A stretch of 34,462 nt of DNA from Spirochaetales bacterium (GTDB lineage Bacteria; Spirochaetota; Spirochaetia; DTKZ01), in contig JAISQU010000003.1 of assembly GCA_031274005.1 (NCBI GenBank), positions 1 to 34,462 on the forward strand, read 5' to 3'. Below, in pieces: positions 25,691-34,462 of this stretch. A model generated the notes under the pieces. It was not told the DNA's origin, searched no databases, and saw only the letters and a list, made by a program, of their open reading frames with translations. The translations under genes were made by a program, and so were the position numbers. Positions within the stretch are counted from its first letter, which is position 1, and the number at the start of each line of letters is the position of its first letter.

Positions 25691-27670
25691 ATGTCTGATA
25701 TATCGCGTAGCCCAAATGTGTTTCATCCTACGAAACCATCCGCAGTAGGTTCTAGAAACAGCTTGGCCCAGGAAGGCCGCCGTCAAAAGGATGAGTTCGA
25801 CCAGCTTATCCAGGAAGAGACGCAGAATATTCTCGATCTTGTGCAGACGAAACTGCCCAAGGAAGTTCTGGAAAAACTTGAGGTTATGGGCGGTCTAAAA
25901 GAAAAGCTTTATAACTACTTCAATCAGAACTATCAGAATATGTTCAACCGGTACATCGTCACCACAGAAGATGAAATGACGAAGAAAGTCCGGAACTTCA
26001 TCGACAAGGAAGAAAGCAAAACCCTGGCCCGTTACACGCCCAAGGAAGTAGCGGAACTGCTGGATCAAATCGCCGGCGCCGACAGGTTTAATACCGGTGA
26101 AATCGAAAAATCCATTGTCAATATGTTTGGCCATTTGCACGGTCACATCCAGCGGGGCGTCAACGATCTGGAAAATGAGACCAACTCTCTGCTCCGCCAG
26201 AAGACCGACGTAGGCGCTTTTGTCCGCGGAGAGAACGCTTACTCCATCGTAAAGTGCTCTTTCAAAGACAATGTTTTCAAGGCCAAGACCGTTACCGACG
26301 TAAAGCTGTCCGTCAACATTCTGGATTCCGAGCTTATCAGCCCGATCTTCCAGTATCAGAGCACTGTTGAATACCTCATCAAGGATATGATTTCACGAAC
26401 CATCACAAATTACATCGAAAAGGAAATCGAAAACCTCCAGGAACAGCTCGTCGACGAAGGCAAGGAAGAACTACAGGATACCGAAATCATCTTCGAAAAA
26501 ATGAAGAGGGTCCCCACCTACACCGATGACGAAGTTGAAGACGAAAAATCCAAGCGCTATACCTTCCTGGCCAAGAGCCTCATAGACAAGATTGAGGGTC
26601 TGCGCGCGGAAATTGATCCCAAGGAATTTGATCCTCTTAACATCCGCGAAAACCTCAAAAAGATCATCGACCTTGAGAATGTCAGAAACCGCGGTTTCAA
26701 CACAGCCATCAACTCCATTACGGCGATTCTCGATACCAGCAAGATGGGCTACCAGTACATAGAAAACCTTAAAAACGCCCGCGAACTGATTATTCGCGAG
26801 TACGAGGATGTTGATGTTACCAATCTGCCCGACGAAAGGTATCAGATCCGCCTGAAATATTACGACGCCGAGCAGCTCCAGAAAGAGCAGGACGCCTATG
26901 ACAAACAGATGGAAGCCTTTAAAAATGAGATTCTCCACATCTGGGATGTCGTGGAGGCCATCTATCAGGGCAATAAATCCGGTTTTAAGGTGAATGACTT
27001 TGACGACCTGTCCAGAAAAGTCGCGGGCAGCATCAAAAAGGCGAAAAAAGATTCCAACGACCCCCTGTATGAAGAGATCGAAAAAACATGGAACAAAATC
27101 ACCCTTATTAAGGCTGAACTGACCGATGTTGAACGTCTTAACCAGACCTATCTGTACGAGAAAAACCTGTACAAGAAAATGCTGGGCGCTGTGCGGAAGA
27201 AAATCAGCGTGATCTACGGCTATCAGAATCCCCAGGTGCGCGTCATCGTCGATAATGAAATCAGCTTCCTGCAGAGGGAGTTTGAGGCTTTCGATTATCT
27301 TATCAATCCCTACCATGTCCTGCCGGGACTTCTGCTTGATGTTGATATTACCAGCATCAAGAGAAAACGCTATACCATGATGGCCATGGCGAATGTGCTT
27401 AACGAGTTCCTGTCCGCCGTATCCAAGGGTTTTCAGGACGCGGCTTTCGCGACTTTCAAGCGCCGCCGTTCAACGGTCCGCGCCGACCTTAATCAGAGTT
27501 TTGCCTCATCCGACGAGGAGCCCATTGTATCGGAACTCCCGAAAGGCCCGGCGGCGTATTCCGCCGCAGAACCGGCTGAGGGCGGTGAAGAGGTAAAAGG
27601 TAAGGCGGATGTTACTCCCGCGCCTTCCAGAAGGAGAGGAGGATCGTCAGACGGTCTGGCAGAGCTGTAA
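25691..27670 (+). CDS. cfpA: Cytoplasmic filament protein A-like cytoskeletal protein
   Basis: About 660-aa K/E/I/N-rich, heptad-rich protein with a strong promoter and RBS. The gene order (this gene, small conserved ORF, ppdK) is what I recall for T. pallidum TP0748-TP0747-TP0746. The call rests on size, composition and synteny, not on an alignment. ATG at 25691 is preferred to the TTG at 25685. Confidence 0.65.
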   Translation: MSDISRSPNVFHPTKPSAVGSRNSLAQEGRRQKDEFDQLIQEETQNILDLVQTKLPKEVLEKLEVMGGLKEKLYNYFNQNYQNMFNRYIVTTEDEMTKKVRNFIDKEESKTLARYTPKEVAELLDQIAGADRFNTGEIEKSIVNMFGHLHGHIQRGVNDLENETNSLLRQKTDVGAFVRGENAYSIVKCSFKDNVFKAKTVTDVKLSVNILDSELISPIFQYQSTVEYLIKDMISRTITNYIEKEIENLQEQLVDEGKEELQDTEIIFEKMKRVPTYTDDEVEDEKSKRYTFLAKSLIDKIEGLRAEIDPKEFDPLNIRENLKKIIDLENVRNRGFNTAINSITAILDTSKMGYQYIENLKNARELIIREYEDVDVTNLPDERYQIRLKYYDAEQLQKEQDAYDKQMEAFKNEILHIWDVVEAIYQGNKSGFKVNDFDDLSRKVAGSIKKAKKDSNDPLYEEIEKTWNKITLIKAELTDVERLNQTYLYEKNLYKKMLGAVRKKISVIYGYQNPQVRVIVDNEISFLQREFEAFDYLINPYHVLPGLLLDVDITSIKRKRYTMMAMANVLNEFLSAVSKGFQDAAFATFKRRRSTVRADLNQSFASSDEEPIVSELPKGPAAYSAAEPAEGGEEVKGKADVTPAPSRRRGGSSDGLAEL

Positions 27671-27671
27671 A

Positions 27672-28619
27672 ATGGACAATGAACTGAACTTTCTTTCCCG
27701 CAAAGCTGGTTTTAACACCGCTTTGCGGCACTTCCGCCAGGTAACCCGCTATGTCGGGGATGTCCAGAACGGAAAAAATATTGCGGATTTACTGAATCTC
27801 TCCCTTGACGAGGGGGAGATTCAGCGCGATCAGGTTAAGCCCATCATCAGCTCTCTGGTTGTTGATAAATTCGGGTACTCCTACAGATCCTATAATCTGC
27901 GGCAAACTATTGAAGACCCTGGCAAAATTATTACGGCTCTTGAGAGCTGGGGTAAAATCCAGCTTCTCATGTTGTATTTTTCTCCCCAGGCGGGTCTTTT
28001 CGTCATTAACCCAAAAGCGGATGAGCAATGGGAACAGGCTGTTCCTCTTATGAAGGATGAGCTTGTTGTGGTGTACGCGGGTCCCGTCGGAGATGAGGAT
28101 ACCGGCAAGGCTGTACTCGACGCGGCTGTGGAAGATCTTATTAAACTTCTTGGCGGGGAGACTGTTCCTGTGCGGAAGGAGTTTACCAGTCCCGATAAGC
28201 CCAGGCCGGCGGCGCCGCAGAAGGCGGCCGCTTCGGTTCAGGCTCAGTCCGCTCCGAAAGCCGCGGCCCCCGCGGCCGGCGGCGGTAAAAAACGTATGAC
28301 GCCCCGCTATGGAGTTCTTGTTACCAACGAGCTTTTCCATAACGGAAATGTTGAATCGTGGAAAAGAGTTATTGAAAGTTACAGGGCAAAATACCCCGGA
28401 CTTGATGTTCTTATCTGGTATGACAACGAAAAGATTAACGATATTAATACTCTTTTCAAATGGGGCAAGGTTAAGCACGGTACCCCGATTATGATTAGTG
28501 TGGTTGGCGATGACATCAAGGATGTTTCCAAACTGCAAAAATACTTGTTCGAAGGCGCGAGTCCCAGGTTTGAGGTGTTCCTGAAAGGGGCAGTAAACCG
28601 GACGCTCGACCTTTTCTAA
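27672..28619 (+). CDS. Conserved hypothetical protein translationally coupled to cfpA (two globular halves joined by a Pro/Ala linker)
   Basis: The ATG at 27672 sits 1 nt after the cfpA TAA (27668-27670). An alternative in-frame ATG at 27609 would overlap cfpA by 62 nt. The stop at 28617-28619 overlaps the ppdK RBS. No recognisable motif. Confidence 0.6.
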   Translation: MDNELNFLSRKAGFNTALRHFRQVTRYVGDVQNGKNIADLLNLSLDEGEIQRDQVKPIISSLVVDKFGYSYRSYNLRQTIEDPGKIITALESWGKIQLLMLYFSPQAGLFVINPKADEQWEQAVPLMKDELVVVYAGPVGDEDTGKAVLDAAVEDLIKLLGGETVPVRKEFTSPDKPRPAAPQKAAASVQAQSAPKAAAPAAGGGKKRMTPRYGVLVTNELFHNGNVESWKRVIESYRAKYPGLDVLIWYDNEKINDINTLFKWGKVKHGTPIMISVVGDDIKDVSKLQKYLFEGASPRFEVFLKGAVNRTLDLF

Positions 28620-28631
28620 GGTGGTTTGGTT

Positions 28632-31244
28632 ATGGAAGATTTTTATTTTTTCTCAAATGGCGAGTATAACGACAAGGGCGACGCCGTAGAAATAATCGGT
28701 ATCCGCGGAAAGCGGATCATCGAACTGGCAACCCTGAATATTCCGACGGCGCCGGGTTTTGTTTTTCCGAATACGGTTGTGCGGGAGCTGCCCAAAGAAA
28801 CTGAAAAACAATGGCCCATTCTGGAAGAACCCTTCAGGCGGATGGGGCAGGCCTTTGGAAAGATTTTTGGCGATACAAAAAACCCCCTCCTGGTGAAGGT
28901 GCTGGAAAGCCCCATGCTGAATCTTGACAATACCCAGTCCATCCACAATGTGGGTTTGTGCGATACAACGGTAGAAGGGTTTTCTTCCTTTGTGGGAGAG
29001 GCCTTTGCCTACCACGAATACAACTACCTGCTGCGGCACATCATTGGCCTTGAAATTTCCGCCAATACCGCGGGCGACCGGCTCACTAAACTTGAGGCTT
29101 TTCACAAGGCTCTGGACGCGGCAAAGACAAAGGCGGCGACCGTCGCTGCCATCAAAAAATTCCGCGACGCCTTTCCCGAAGTGGTTTACACCGACGCTTA
29201 CCGGCAGCTTATGTATGTTATCAATCTTTTCCGCGCCGTCATTGAAACGAATCCTACAAGCGAAGATTCCGCTTTGCTGATTCAGACAATGGTATACGGA
29301 AATTTCAACGACAAGAGCTGTTCGGGCGATTTTTTTACCCACGACATTATTACGGGCGAAAACGTCCTGATGGGCGATTTCTTTACCCAGGCTTTCGACG
29401 CGAGCAGCAAGGGCGGAAAGCCCATCGCGAAGATAAATCCGCCTATTTTCAAGCGGCTTGTCGAAATCGGAAAACAGCTTGAAACCAGGTTCAGGGAAAT
29501 CCGGTGGATGCGTTTTACCGTTGAAAACGGAGAGCTGTGGATTATAGATCAGAAGCCGGCCGCCAACAAGTCTACCCAGGCGGAGATTAAGAGCCTTCTT
29601 GATCTTCTTGCCGCCGGTATTGTTGACGAGAAATATGTTATTAACGCCATAAAGCCGGGGCGCCTGTCTGAAATTCTGCATCCTACCCTGGATCCCCGCT
29701 CGGTGGCGAAGTTCCCGAAAGTGACGGGCGGCATAGCCGGTTCTGTGGGAGCGGCAATCGGTAAGGTGTATTTCTCTACGGCGGAGCTTTTAAAAGCCTA
29801 TAGGATTGCTACACAGAAAAACGAAGACGCGGATTTTATTCTTGCCATGAAGTCTACCTACGCGGAAGACGTAAAGGCTATTGAAGTTGCCCACGGAGTT
29901 CTTGCCTCGGAGGGCGGCTATGCCTCGCACGCGCCTGTTGTTGCCCGCAGTCTGGGAAAAGTGGCTCTTGTGTATACAGGCATTGAGTTCAAGAAGGGGT
30001 CAATGGTTATAGGGGGGCAAACGATAAAAGAGGGCGACTACATTACCCTCAATGTACCCTACTACGAAGACCCCGCGATTTACGGCGGCAAGGGAACTTT
30101 AATGAAACCCACGCCGGAAAACTCGGGCCTTATAGAGCTTTTGGAGCTTATCCAGAAGCATATAGGCGATTTTGATGTTCACGCCAACGCCGACCAGCCG
30201 AAAGACGCGGTTCTTGCCAAGCTCTTCAAGGCTCAGGGTATAGGCTTGTGCCGGACGGAGCACATGTTTTTCAACGAAGACCGCATCCTGAAGTTCCGGT
30301 CCATGATTATAGCGGATAATGTTGAAGAACGGCAGAAAGTTCTTGAGGACTTAAAGAAAGATCAGGCCAAAGACTTTTACGAAATGTTTAAGATCATGGC
30401 GGATCTGCCTGTTACTATCCGTCTGCTTGACGCGCCGCTGCATGAGTTTTTGCCGCATACGAAAGACGGTTACGACGAGTTTACGGCGTATATGCAGAAA
30501 AAGAAAAAAGGCATTACCGCGGCGCAGATTCAGGAAAGATGTAACCTTCTGGCGGAAGTGAACCCCATGCTGGGGCACCGCGGCGTGCGCGTGGCAATTT
30601 CCTATCCGGAAATTTACAACATGCAGATCAGGGCGATTTTTGAGGCTGTTTACAAACTTAAAAAAGAAGGCGTTAACGCTATTGCCGAGATAATGATTCC
30701 CGTTGTTATGACGGCCTCCGAAGTCAAGATGATACGCAACGGCAAGAAAATCGAAGGTAAAACAATTGTCGGTTTGAGGGATATAGAGGAAAGCGTCCGT
30801 AAGGAGTTTGGTTTTGATGAACCTATTCATTACAAAGTGGGTTCCATGATTGAGCTTCCCGCCGCGGCCCTGCAGGCCGGGGAGATTGCCCAGTACGCCG
30901 AGTTCTTCAGCTTCGGGACAAACGACCTTACCCAGACAACTAACGGCCTTTCACGCGATGACTTCAACAATTTCTTCTCTGATTACAACGAACTTGACCT
31001 TCTGCCGCAGAACCCCTTCAAGGTTTTGGGTCCCCAGGTTAAGGAAATGATCAAGATTGCTTCCGAGCGTGGGCGGCTTGTACGGCCCGATATTACTTTG
31101 GGGCTGTGCGGCGAACACGGCGCGGAGCCGGAAAATATTCCGTTTGCGCAGGACGCGAGACTGAATTATGTTTCCTGTTCGCCGTATGGAATTCCCATCG
31201 CAAAGCTCGCGATTGCTCAGCTCAACTTGTCAAAAGAAGCGTAA
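28632..31244 (+). CDS. ppdK: Pyruvate, phosphate dikinase
   Basis: Phospho-His loop EGGYASHAPVVARSLGK. PEP/pyruvate-domain motifs GLCRTEHMFF, FFSFGTNDLTQ and LGLCGEHG. About 870 aa. ATG at 28632 lies 7 nt after aaggtgg. The ORF-track start at 28626 is TTG. Confidence 0.9.
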   Translation: MEDFYFFSNGEYNDKGDAVEIIGIRGKRIIELATLNIPTAPGFVFPNTVVRELPKETEKQWPILEEPFRRMGQAFGKIFGDTKNPLLVKVLESPMLNLDNTQSIHNVGLCDTTVEGFSSFVGEAFAYHEYNYLLRHIIGLEISANTAGDRLTKLEAFHKALDAAKTKAATVAAIKKFRDAFPEVVYTDAYRQLMYVINLFRAVIETNPTSEDSALLIQTMVYGNFNDKSCSGDFFTHDIITGENVLMGDFFTQAFDASSKGGKPIAKINPPIFKRLVEIGKQLETRFREIRWMRFTVENGELWIIDQKPAANKSTQAEIKSLLDLLAAGIVDEKYVINAIKPGRLSEILHPTLDPRSVAKFPKVTGGIAGSVGAAIGKVYFSTAELLKAYRIATQKNEDADFILAMKSTYAEDVKAIEVAHGVLASEGGYASHAPVVARSLGKVALVYTGIEFKKGSMVIGGQTIKEGDYITLNVPYYEDPAIYGGKGTLMKPTPENSGLIELLELIQKHIGDFDVHANADQPKDAVLAKLFKAQGIGLCRTEHMFFNEDRILKFRSMIIADNVEERQKVLEDLKKDQAKDFYEMFKIMADLPVTIRLLDAPLHEFLPHTKDGYDEFTAYMQKKKKGITAAQIQERCNLLAEVNPMLGHRGVRVAISYPEIYNMQIRAIFEAVYKLKKEGVNAIAEIMIPVVMTASEVKMIRNGKKIEGKTIVGLRDIEESVRKEFGFDEPIHYKVGSMIELPAAALQAGEIAQYAEFFSFGTNDLTQTTNGLSRDDFNNFFSDYNELDLLPQNPFKVLGPQVKEMIKIASERGRLVRPDITLGLCGEHGAEPENIPFAQDARLNYVSCSPYGIPIAKLAIAQLNLSKEA

Positions 31245-31249
31245 TTATC

Positions 31250-31286
31250 ATCCCGTCCGCCTTGGGCGGACGGGATTCTTGTTTTC
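31250..31286 (+). terminator. Rho-independent terminator after ppdK
   Basis: 12-bp stem atcccgtccgcc / ggcggacgggat with a 3-nt loop (31250-31276), followed by tcttgttttc. Confidence 0.8.
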
Positions 31287-31327
31287 GGTTAGGCTTCTGC
31301 GGTTAAAAATTCTTTCCCTGTTATAGT

Positions 31328-32125
31328 TCAATCAGGGCGTTGCCCTGCTTCGCGCTGTTCAAATTCCGCGAGGGCTTGAAGATTGTCAAACAATGACAGT
31401 TTTATGGCTGCTTCGGGTACCCATATCGTTTCACGGTAATTTGACAGGATAAGGCACAACTGCCGTTCGCAGAGCGCAATGCTCCTGGATGTGATGTCCT
31501 GGCGGGGAAAGTCGCCGCGGAAAAAGTACAGTTTAATGTAGGCGTCAAGAATCATGGCGGCGTTTTTATAATGCTTGTAGGCCTTGTAATTGGGAGATGT
31601 ATCGGCAGGACAAATTTTTGTTATGAGCATACTGTCGTAAAAGGATTTTCCGAAGGCTTCGCAGAGGCGGGCGTATTGTTTGAGTTTACCGTCCGGCGCC
31701 TCCTGGAGAATTTTTGCTAACTGGATGACGCCCTTTTTGACGCTTCGTTTTGCGCTATTATAACGAAGCCTTCGCACGCCTTCGGAGCGCAGATGGATGT
31801 TTTCGAGGCTAAAGGTATAGTAAAGGTGTATGCCTTCCAGAATGTCGCCGCGGGCGGCATACAGGATGTTTTGCATGCGGGCCAGGATCTCCCGTGAAAC
31901 CTGTTTTGGCGCTCTCTTGAGATTTTCACTATGCAGGCTGATATGCTGCTGGGCAATATCGTGGGCTTCGTTAAGAAGGCTCATTCTGCTGTGTGACCAT
32001 TCGGATCTGTCCGGATTCCTGTCGGGATGGTAAACCATGACAAGCTGCCGGAAGGAGGCCTCAACCTCTTCCATGCTTGCGCAGGTATGTAACCCCAAAA
32101 GGGAGAAAGCCTCGTCGGTAGTCAT
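31328..32125 (-). CDS. J-domain (DnaJ N-terminal domain) protein with unknown C-terminal region
   Basis: AFSLLGL....SMEEVEASFRQLVMVYHPDRNPD carries the HPD tripeptide. No Gly/Phe or zinc-finger region, so it is not canonical DnaJ. Confidence 0.75.
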   Translation of the reverse strand: MTTDEAFSLLGLHTCASMEEVEASFRQLVMVYHPDRNPDRSEWSHSRMSLLNEAHDIAQQHISLHSENLKRAPKQVSREILARMQNILYAARGDILEGIHLYYTFSLENIHLRSEGVRRLRYNSAKRSVKKGVIQLAKILQEAPDGKLKQYARLCEAFGKSFYDSMLITKICPADTSPNYKAYKHYKNAAMILDAYIKLYFFRGDFPRQDITSRSIALCERQLCLILSNYRETIWVPEAAIKLSLFDNLQALAEFEQREAGQRPD

Positions 32126-32156
32126 TCGTCCTCATTATAGATAAGGCGGAAGTGGT

Positions 32157-32185
32157 TTGACAATACTCCCTATAGCAGGTATTAT
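32157..32185 (+). promoter_or_regulatory. Sigma-70 promoter for the 32222-32773 ORF
   Basis: Consensus TTGACA (32157-32162), 17-nt spacer, TATTAT (32180-32185). Confidence 0.55.
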
Positions 32186-32221
32186 TTAAGTAAGAAACCT
32201 AGAATAAGGATGGTACGGTAT

Positions 32222-32773
32222 ATGTCTTTGGTAAAGGAACTGTTTGATTCATATAGCAGGGGAGAGTTCCCCATGAATGGCGGTTATATTGTTTCCGCCT
32301 TTTTTGAGGAAAAGTCAATGTATTCAAAATTTGAGATGATTTCTTATAGCAATGTCAAGGATATTTATCTTGCGGAAGAAGGGATTACCTTTCAGGCCGA
32401 CGGCCAGAAAATTTTCTGGCTGGTGGAGCCGTCTTCCTATACGGGCAAGGCCACCGAGCCGACCTACCGCAACGATTACGAGAAGATACCCTACAGGATG
32501 AATGAGGTAGAGATCTTTACGACAAAGAGGCAGGACCGTGTTCTTATCGGGAAAAAGCCGGTGTATTCCTTTACCAGTTTTACCGTTATGAAGTCCCGAG
32601 GCCAGAATTACTCCTATGTCTTTTTTATGGGGAGCGATATCCGGCCGACCATGAAAAATTACTTTACAAAGTCCCTGTATGAGGAAGCGGGCGTTCCCCG
32701 CTCCGACGCCGCTGTAGTGGCGAAGTATCTTATCGAGCTTTTTGAAAAAATCATCGTGAAGACTCCGGAATAA
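32222..32773 (+). CDS. Hypothetical protein
   Basis: 183-187-aa ORF with a good upstream promoter. ATG at 32222 has better spacing to aagga (32206-32210) than the ATG at 32210. No motif recognised. Confidence 0.5.
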   Translation: MSLVKELFDSYSRGEFPMNGGYIVSAFFEEKSMYSKFEMISYSNVKDIYLAEEGITFQADGQKIFWLVEPSSYTGKATEPTYRNDYEKIPYRMNEVEIFTTKRQDRVLIGKKPVYSFTSFTVMKSRGQNYSYVFFMGSDIRPTMKNYFTKSLYEEAGVPRSDAAVVAKYLIELFEKIIVKTPE

Positions 32774-32781
32774 AACTGTTT

Positions 32782-32811
32782 CCGGTCCCGCGCTCCCGGG
32801 GCCGGCGTTTT
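32782..32811 (+). terminator. Possible intrinsic terminator between convergent genes
   Basis: 8-bp GC-rich stem ccggtccc / ggggccgg (one G-U pair) with an 8-nt loop, followed by cgtttt. Confidence 0.35.
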
Positions 32812-32817
32812 GAACGC

Positions 32818-33495
32818 TTAGAGTTCTCCGTTTTCAAGAAAGCTGTAATAACCTCCCCTGCCGAAGATGATATGGTCCAGAAGGTGTATGCCCAGGACTT
32901 TCGCGGCGTTTCGTATTTTTACGGTAATATCGCGGTCTTCGCCTGAAGGGTTAAAGTTGCCAGAAGGATGGTTGTGGGCTATGATGACGGCGGCGGCCCT
33001 GTCGGAGAGAGGGTCGGCAAACACTTCGCGCGGATGAACCAGGGCTTTGTTGACAAGCCCCACAGAAACAACCCGGCAGGCGATGACCTCGTGGGCGCCG
33101 TTGAGGGAGGCGCACAGAAAATACTCCTGATTGCGGTCCGCGAAGTGGTCTATGAGGGGCAGAATATCTTTTGGAAAGGCTATTTTTCTGTGCGCGGGAC
33201 ACAGCCTGCGCCGGGAAAACTCCAGAGCGGCGAGTATAAGTGTTGCTTTTGCCGTTCCGACGCCGGGCAGGGCGGTAAGAGCTTCCGGGGTAAGGTCGGC
33301 GTTTGTCCTGTCAAGAAGGTCGAGTACGGAGGCCGCTATGCGCTGCACTCCCCCGGACTTGTTTCCGGAACCTATCAGAATAGCCAGGAGTTCCTGGTCG
33401 GACAGGGATTTTACCCCGAAAGTAATGAGCCTTTCCCGCGGTCTTTGTTCCGCCGGAAGCGCGGACATTTTTTCCATGACAAAAAGATGCTTCAT
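32818..33495 (-). CDS. radC: RadC-family JAB/MPN domain protein
   Basis: N-terminal RPRERL...LSDQELLAILIGSG (HhH region) and the JAMM motif HNHPSGNFNPSGEDRDIT. 225 aa. The true start may be an internal Met (33477 or 33468). Confidence 0.85.
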   Translation of the reverse strand: MKHLFVMEKMSALPAEQRPRERLITFGVKSLSDQELLAILIGSGNKSGGVQRIAASVLDLLDRTNADLTPEALTALPGVGTAKATLILAALEFSRRRLCPAHRKIAFPKDILPLIDHFADRNQEYFLCASLNGAHEVIACRVVSVGLVNKALVHPREVFADPLSDRAAAVIIAHNHPSGNFNPSGEDRDITVKIRNAAKVLGIHLLDHIIFGRGGYYSFLENGEL

Positions 33496-33813
33496 ACCTT
33501 TTTATAACAGCAAAAAAGGCCGCCGCGCTTCAATCTTTATGAAAATTTTTGAAGATTTGCGAATTCGAGGATTTTCCCCGAGCGCCTGCCGGACTTCTCA
33601 TAAATGTGAGCCGAAGACGCATTATGCCCCTGAAAACCCTGCCGTCACTTGTCGTCGTAGAACCGTCCGGATTTTGTGCTGCCATAATAAACTCCTTCCC
33701 GCTGTTACGCCGCGGGGCGCGTTAATTGTATGACGCCCCAACGGGGCGTACTGTTCCTCTATAGCTATCCCCCGCTAAAACACGATATTTAGTTCTCCTT
33801 GTTTTTCTGTGCC

Positions 33814-34137
33814 AAGACACAATAGAAATGTCTTCCTCTCATTCTTCTCCGTTATGCGGGGCTTTCCCGAAATGGCTTTTCGGCCTGGTTATCCCCTTCA
33901 ACAGTTCCGCGTCCGCCGGTTCCCTCACCAGTACAAAGGCGTTCTTATGGTCGCAGTACCGGGCTGGAGGGATACCGTAACGCTGTATCCAGTAAGACCA
34001 TACCTTCATCACCCCCGCCGTTGTCTCCCCTTCAAACAACGGGGCGTATCGGATAGTGGTCGCGTCATCTATCATCGTGATAAGGCAGCAGGTCCCCTAC
34101 CGCTATGCTACCAAAGGGGAGATTTCTATTGCGTTTA
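33814..34137. mobile_element. IS relic: imperfect inverted repeats bracketing the transposase fragment
   Basis: aagacacaatagaaatgtcttcc (33814-33836) versus rc of ggggagatttctattgcgttta (34116-34137). The 10-nt perfect core is caatagaaat, with about 19/26 matches overall. Confidence 0.4.
33839..34075 (-). pseudogene. Truncated DDE (rve-like integrase core) transposase fragment
   Basis: ...LITMIDDATTIRYAPLFEGETT....YGIPPARYCDHKNAF resembles the first and second acidic-residue region of an rve-type core. There is an in-frame stop 7 codons upstream of the Met. The HTH N-terminus and the distal catalytic part are both missing. Confidence 0.55.
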
Positions 34138-34384
34138 CATGAGGACATTATCATTGCGGTTTAACACTCCTTTTTATAATATTTTCTATTTTTTACACCA
34201 ATTTTAGGGGCAATTTCGCCTAACGTTCCGGCTGTTGACGACGTTTTGCCAGGGGCGAATACGGGCTTTGCGCAGCATCGTTCCTTACGGAACGCAGCCG
34301 AGCCGCCCGTAAGGCGGTGTTACGCATACAGACCTGTGGCGCAATACACCCCAAAAATTATGACCAATATTTAACCATAACTTG

Positions 34385-34413
34385 TTGACATTTTATTTAT
34401 AAAAAGGTAAAAT
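34385..34413 (+). promoter_or_regulatory. Near-consensus sigma-70 promoter in a very AT-rich segment
   Basis: TTGACA (34385-34390), 17-nt spacer, TAAAAT (34408-34413). aaagga RBS upstream of the ATG at 34432. Confidence 0.55.
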
Positions 34414-34431
34414 TTATTGAAAAGGACAAAA

Positions 34432-34462
34432 ATGAAAAAAACATTTTGTTTAGTAGGTCTTT
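34432..34462 (+). CDS. 5-prime end of an ORF running off the window (MKKTFCLVGL..., signal-peptide or lipoprotein-like start)
   Basis: ATG preceded by a promoter and RBS. Only 10 codons are visible, giving a basic then hydrophobic N-terminus. Confidence 0.35.
   Translation, partial: MKKTFCLVGL

Noticed and set aside
28653-29681. 342-aa ORF antisense to ppdK. Similar long antisense ORFs at 26471-27316, 27789-28538, 21838-22746, 19360-20097, 17887-18618, 15441-16145, 13349-14101, 10340-11002, 9160-10029, 8454-9308, 6346-6951, 4755-5498, 4342-4944 and 1161-1781
   Set aside because: Each lies entirely inside a gene with clear family motifs on the other strand. The translations are low complexity with no motifs, and no start or RBS context is visible.
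25691-32773. Lower GC of the cfpA-ppdK-hypothetical block as a sign of horizontal transfer
   Set aside because: Comparable AT-richer stretches occur inside clearly native genes such as the histidine kinase around 4300-4700. The cfpA composition follows its K/E/I/N-rich protein and likely high expression, and the gene order matches what I recall for other treponemes.
33711-33750. Two mutually exclusive hairpins sharing cgcccc (ggggcg...cgcccc and acgcccc-aac-ggggcgt), reminiscent of an attenuator
   Set aside because: There is no downstream T-tract, no leader ORF and no adjacent regulated gene. The site lies in decayed sequence next to the IS relic.

Overview
GC-rich chromosomal segment that looks like a Treponema-type spirochete. 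The evidence is a cytoplasmic-filament-protein-like gene followed by a small conserved ORF and pyruvate phosphate dikinase, the order I recall for T. pallidum TP0748-TP0746. Most of the window is ordinary core genome arranged in tight, often overlapping operons. One plus-strand operon runs murG-cvpA-holB-histidine kinase-sigma54 response regulator. A minus-strand operon runs cdaA-cdaR-acpS-DUF2225-truA. Others are membrane protein-mnmE and deaD-folA-permease-phosphoribosyltransferase. The remaining genes are a THUMP methyltransferase, a J-domain protein, radC and hypotheticals. I saw no rRNA, tRNA, CRISPR array, cas genes, prophage or recognisable defence system. Six things deserve a second look. 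(1) A two-gene operon of cNMP-binding GGDEF proteins, where the distal one fuses an intact GGDEF to a DHH/DHHA1 phosphoesterase and the proximal one carries a degenerate MGNEL motif. (2) An orphan ParA/MinD-like ATPase lies divergent from a 913-aa bitopic protein with a large unknown cytoplasmic domain, a TM helix, a Pro/Ala repeat and LysM-like modules, directly upstream of cfpA and its translationally coupled unknown partner ORF. Together these could form a cytoskeleton anchoring or positioning module. (3) A roughly 233-bp MITE-like element with 22/23-bp terminal inverted repeats and a 10-bp flanking direct repeat, with a second truncated copy at the window start. (4) A dispersed repeat family made of a conserved box followed by a hairpin whose sequence differs in each copy. 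(5) An IS relic at the boundary to a very AT-rich segment carrying a consensus promoter. (6) A PPDK that lacks the regulatory Thr next to its catalytic His. All functional calls rest on motifs I read in the supplied translations. No alignments or database searches were possible, and several ORF-track starts are TTG or GTG, so I re-evaluated them by eye.
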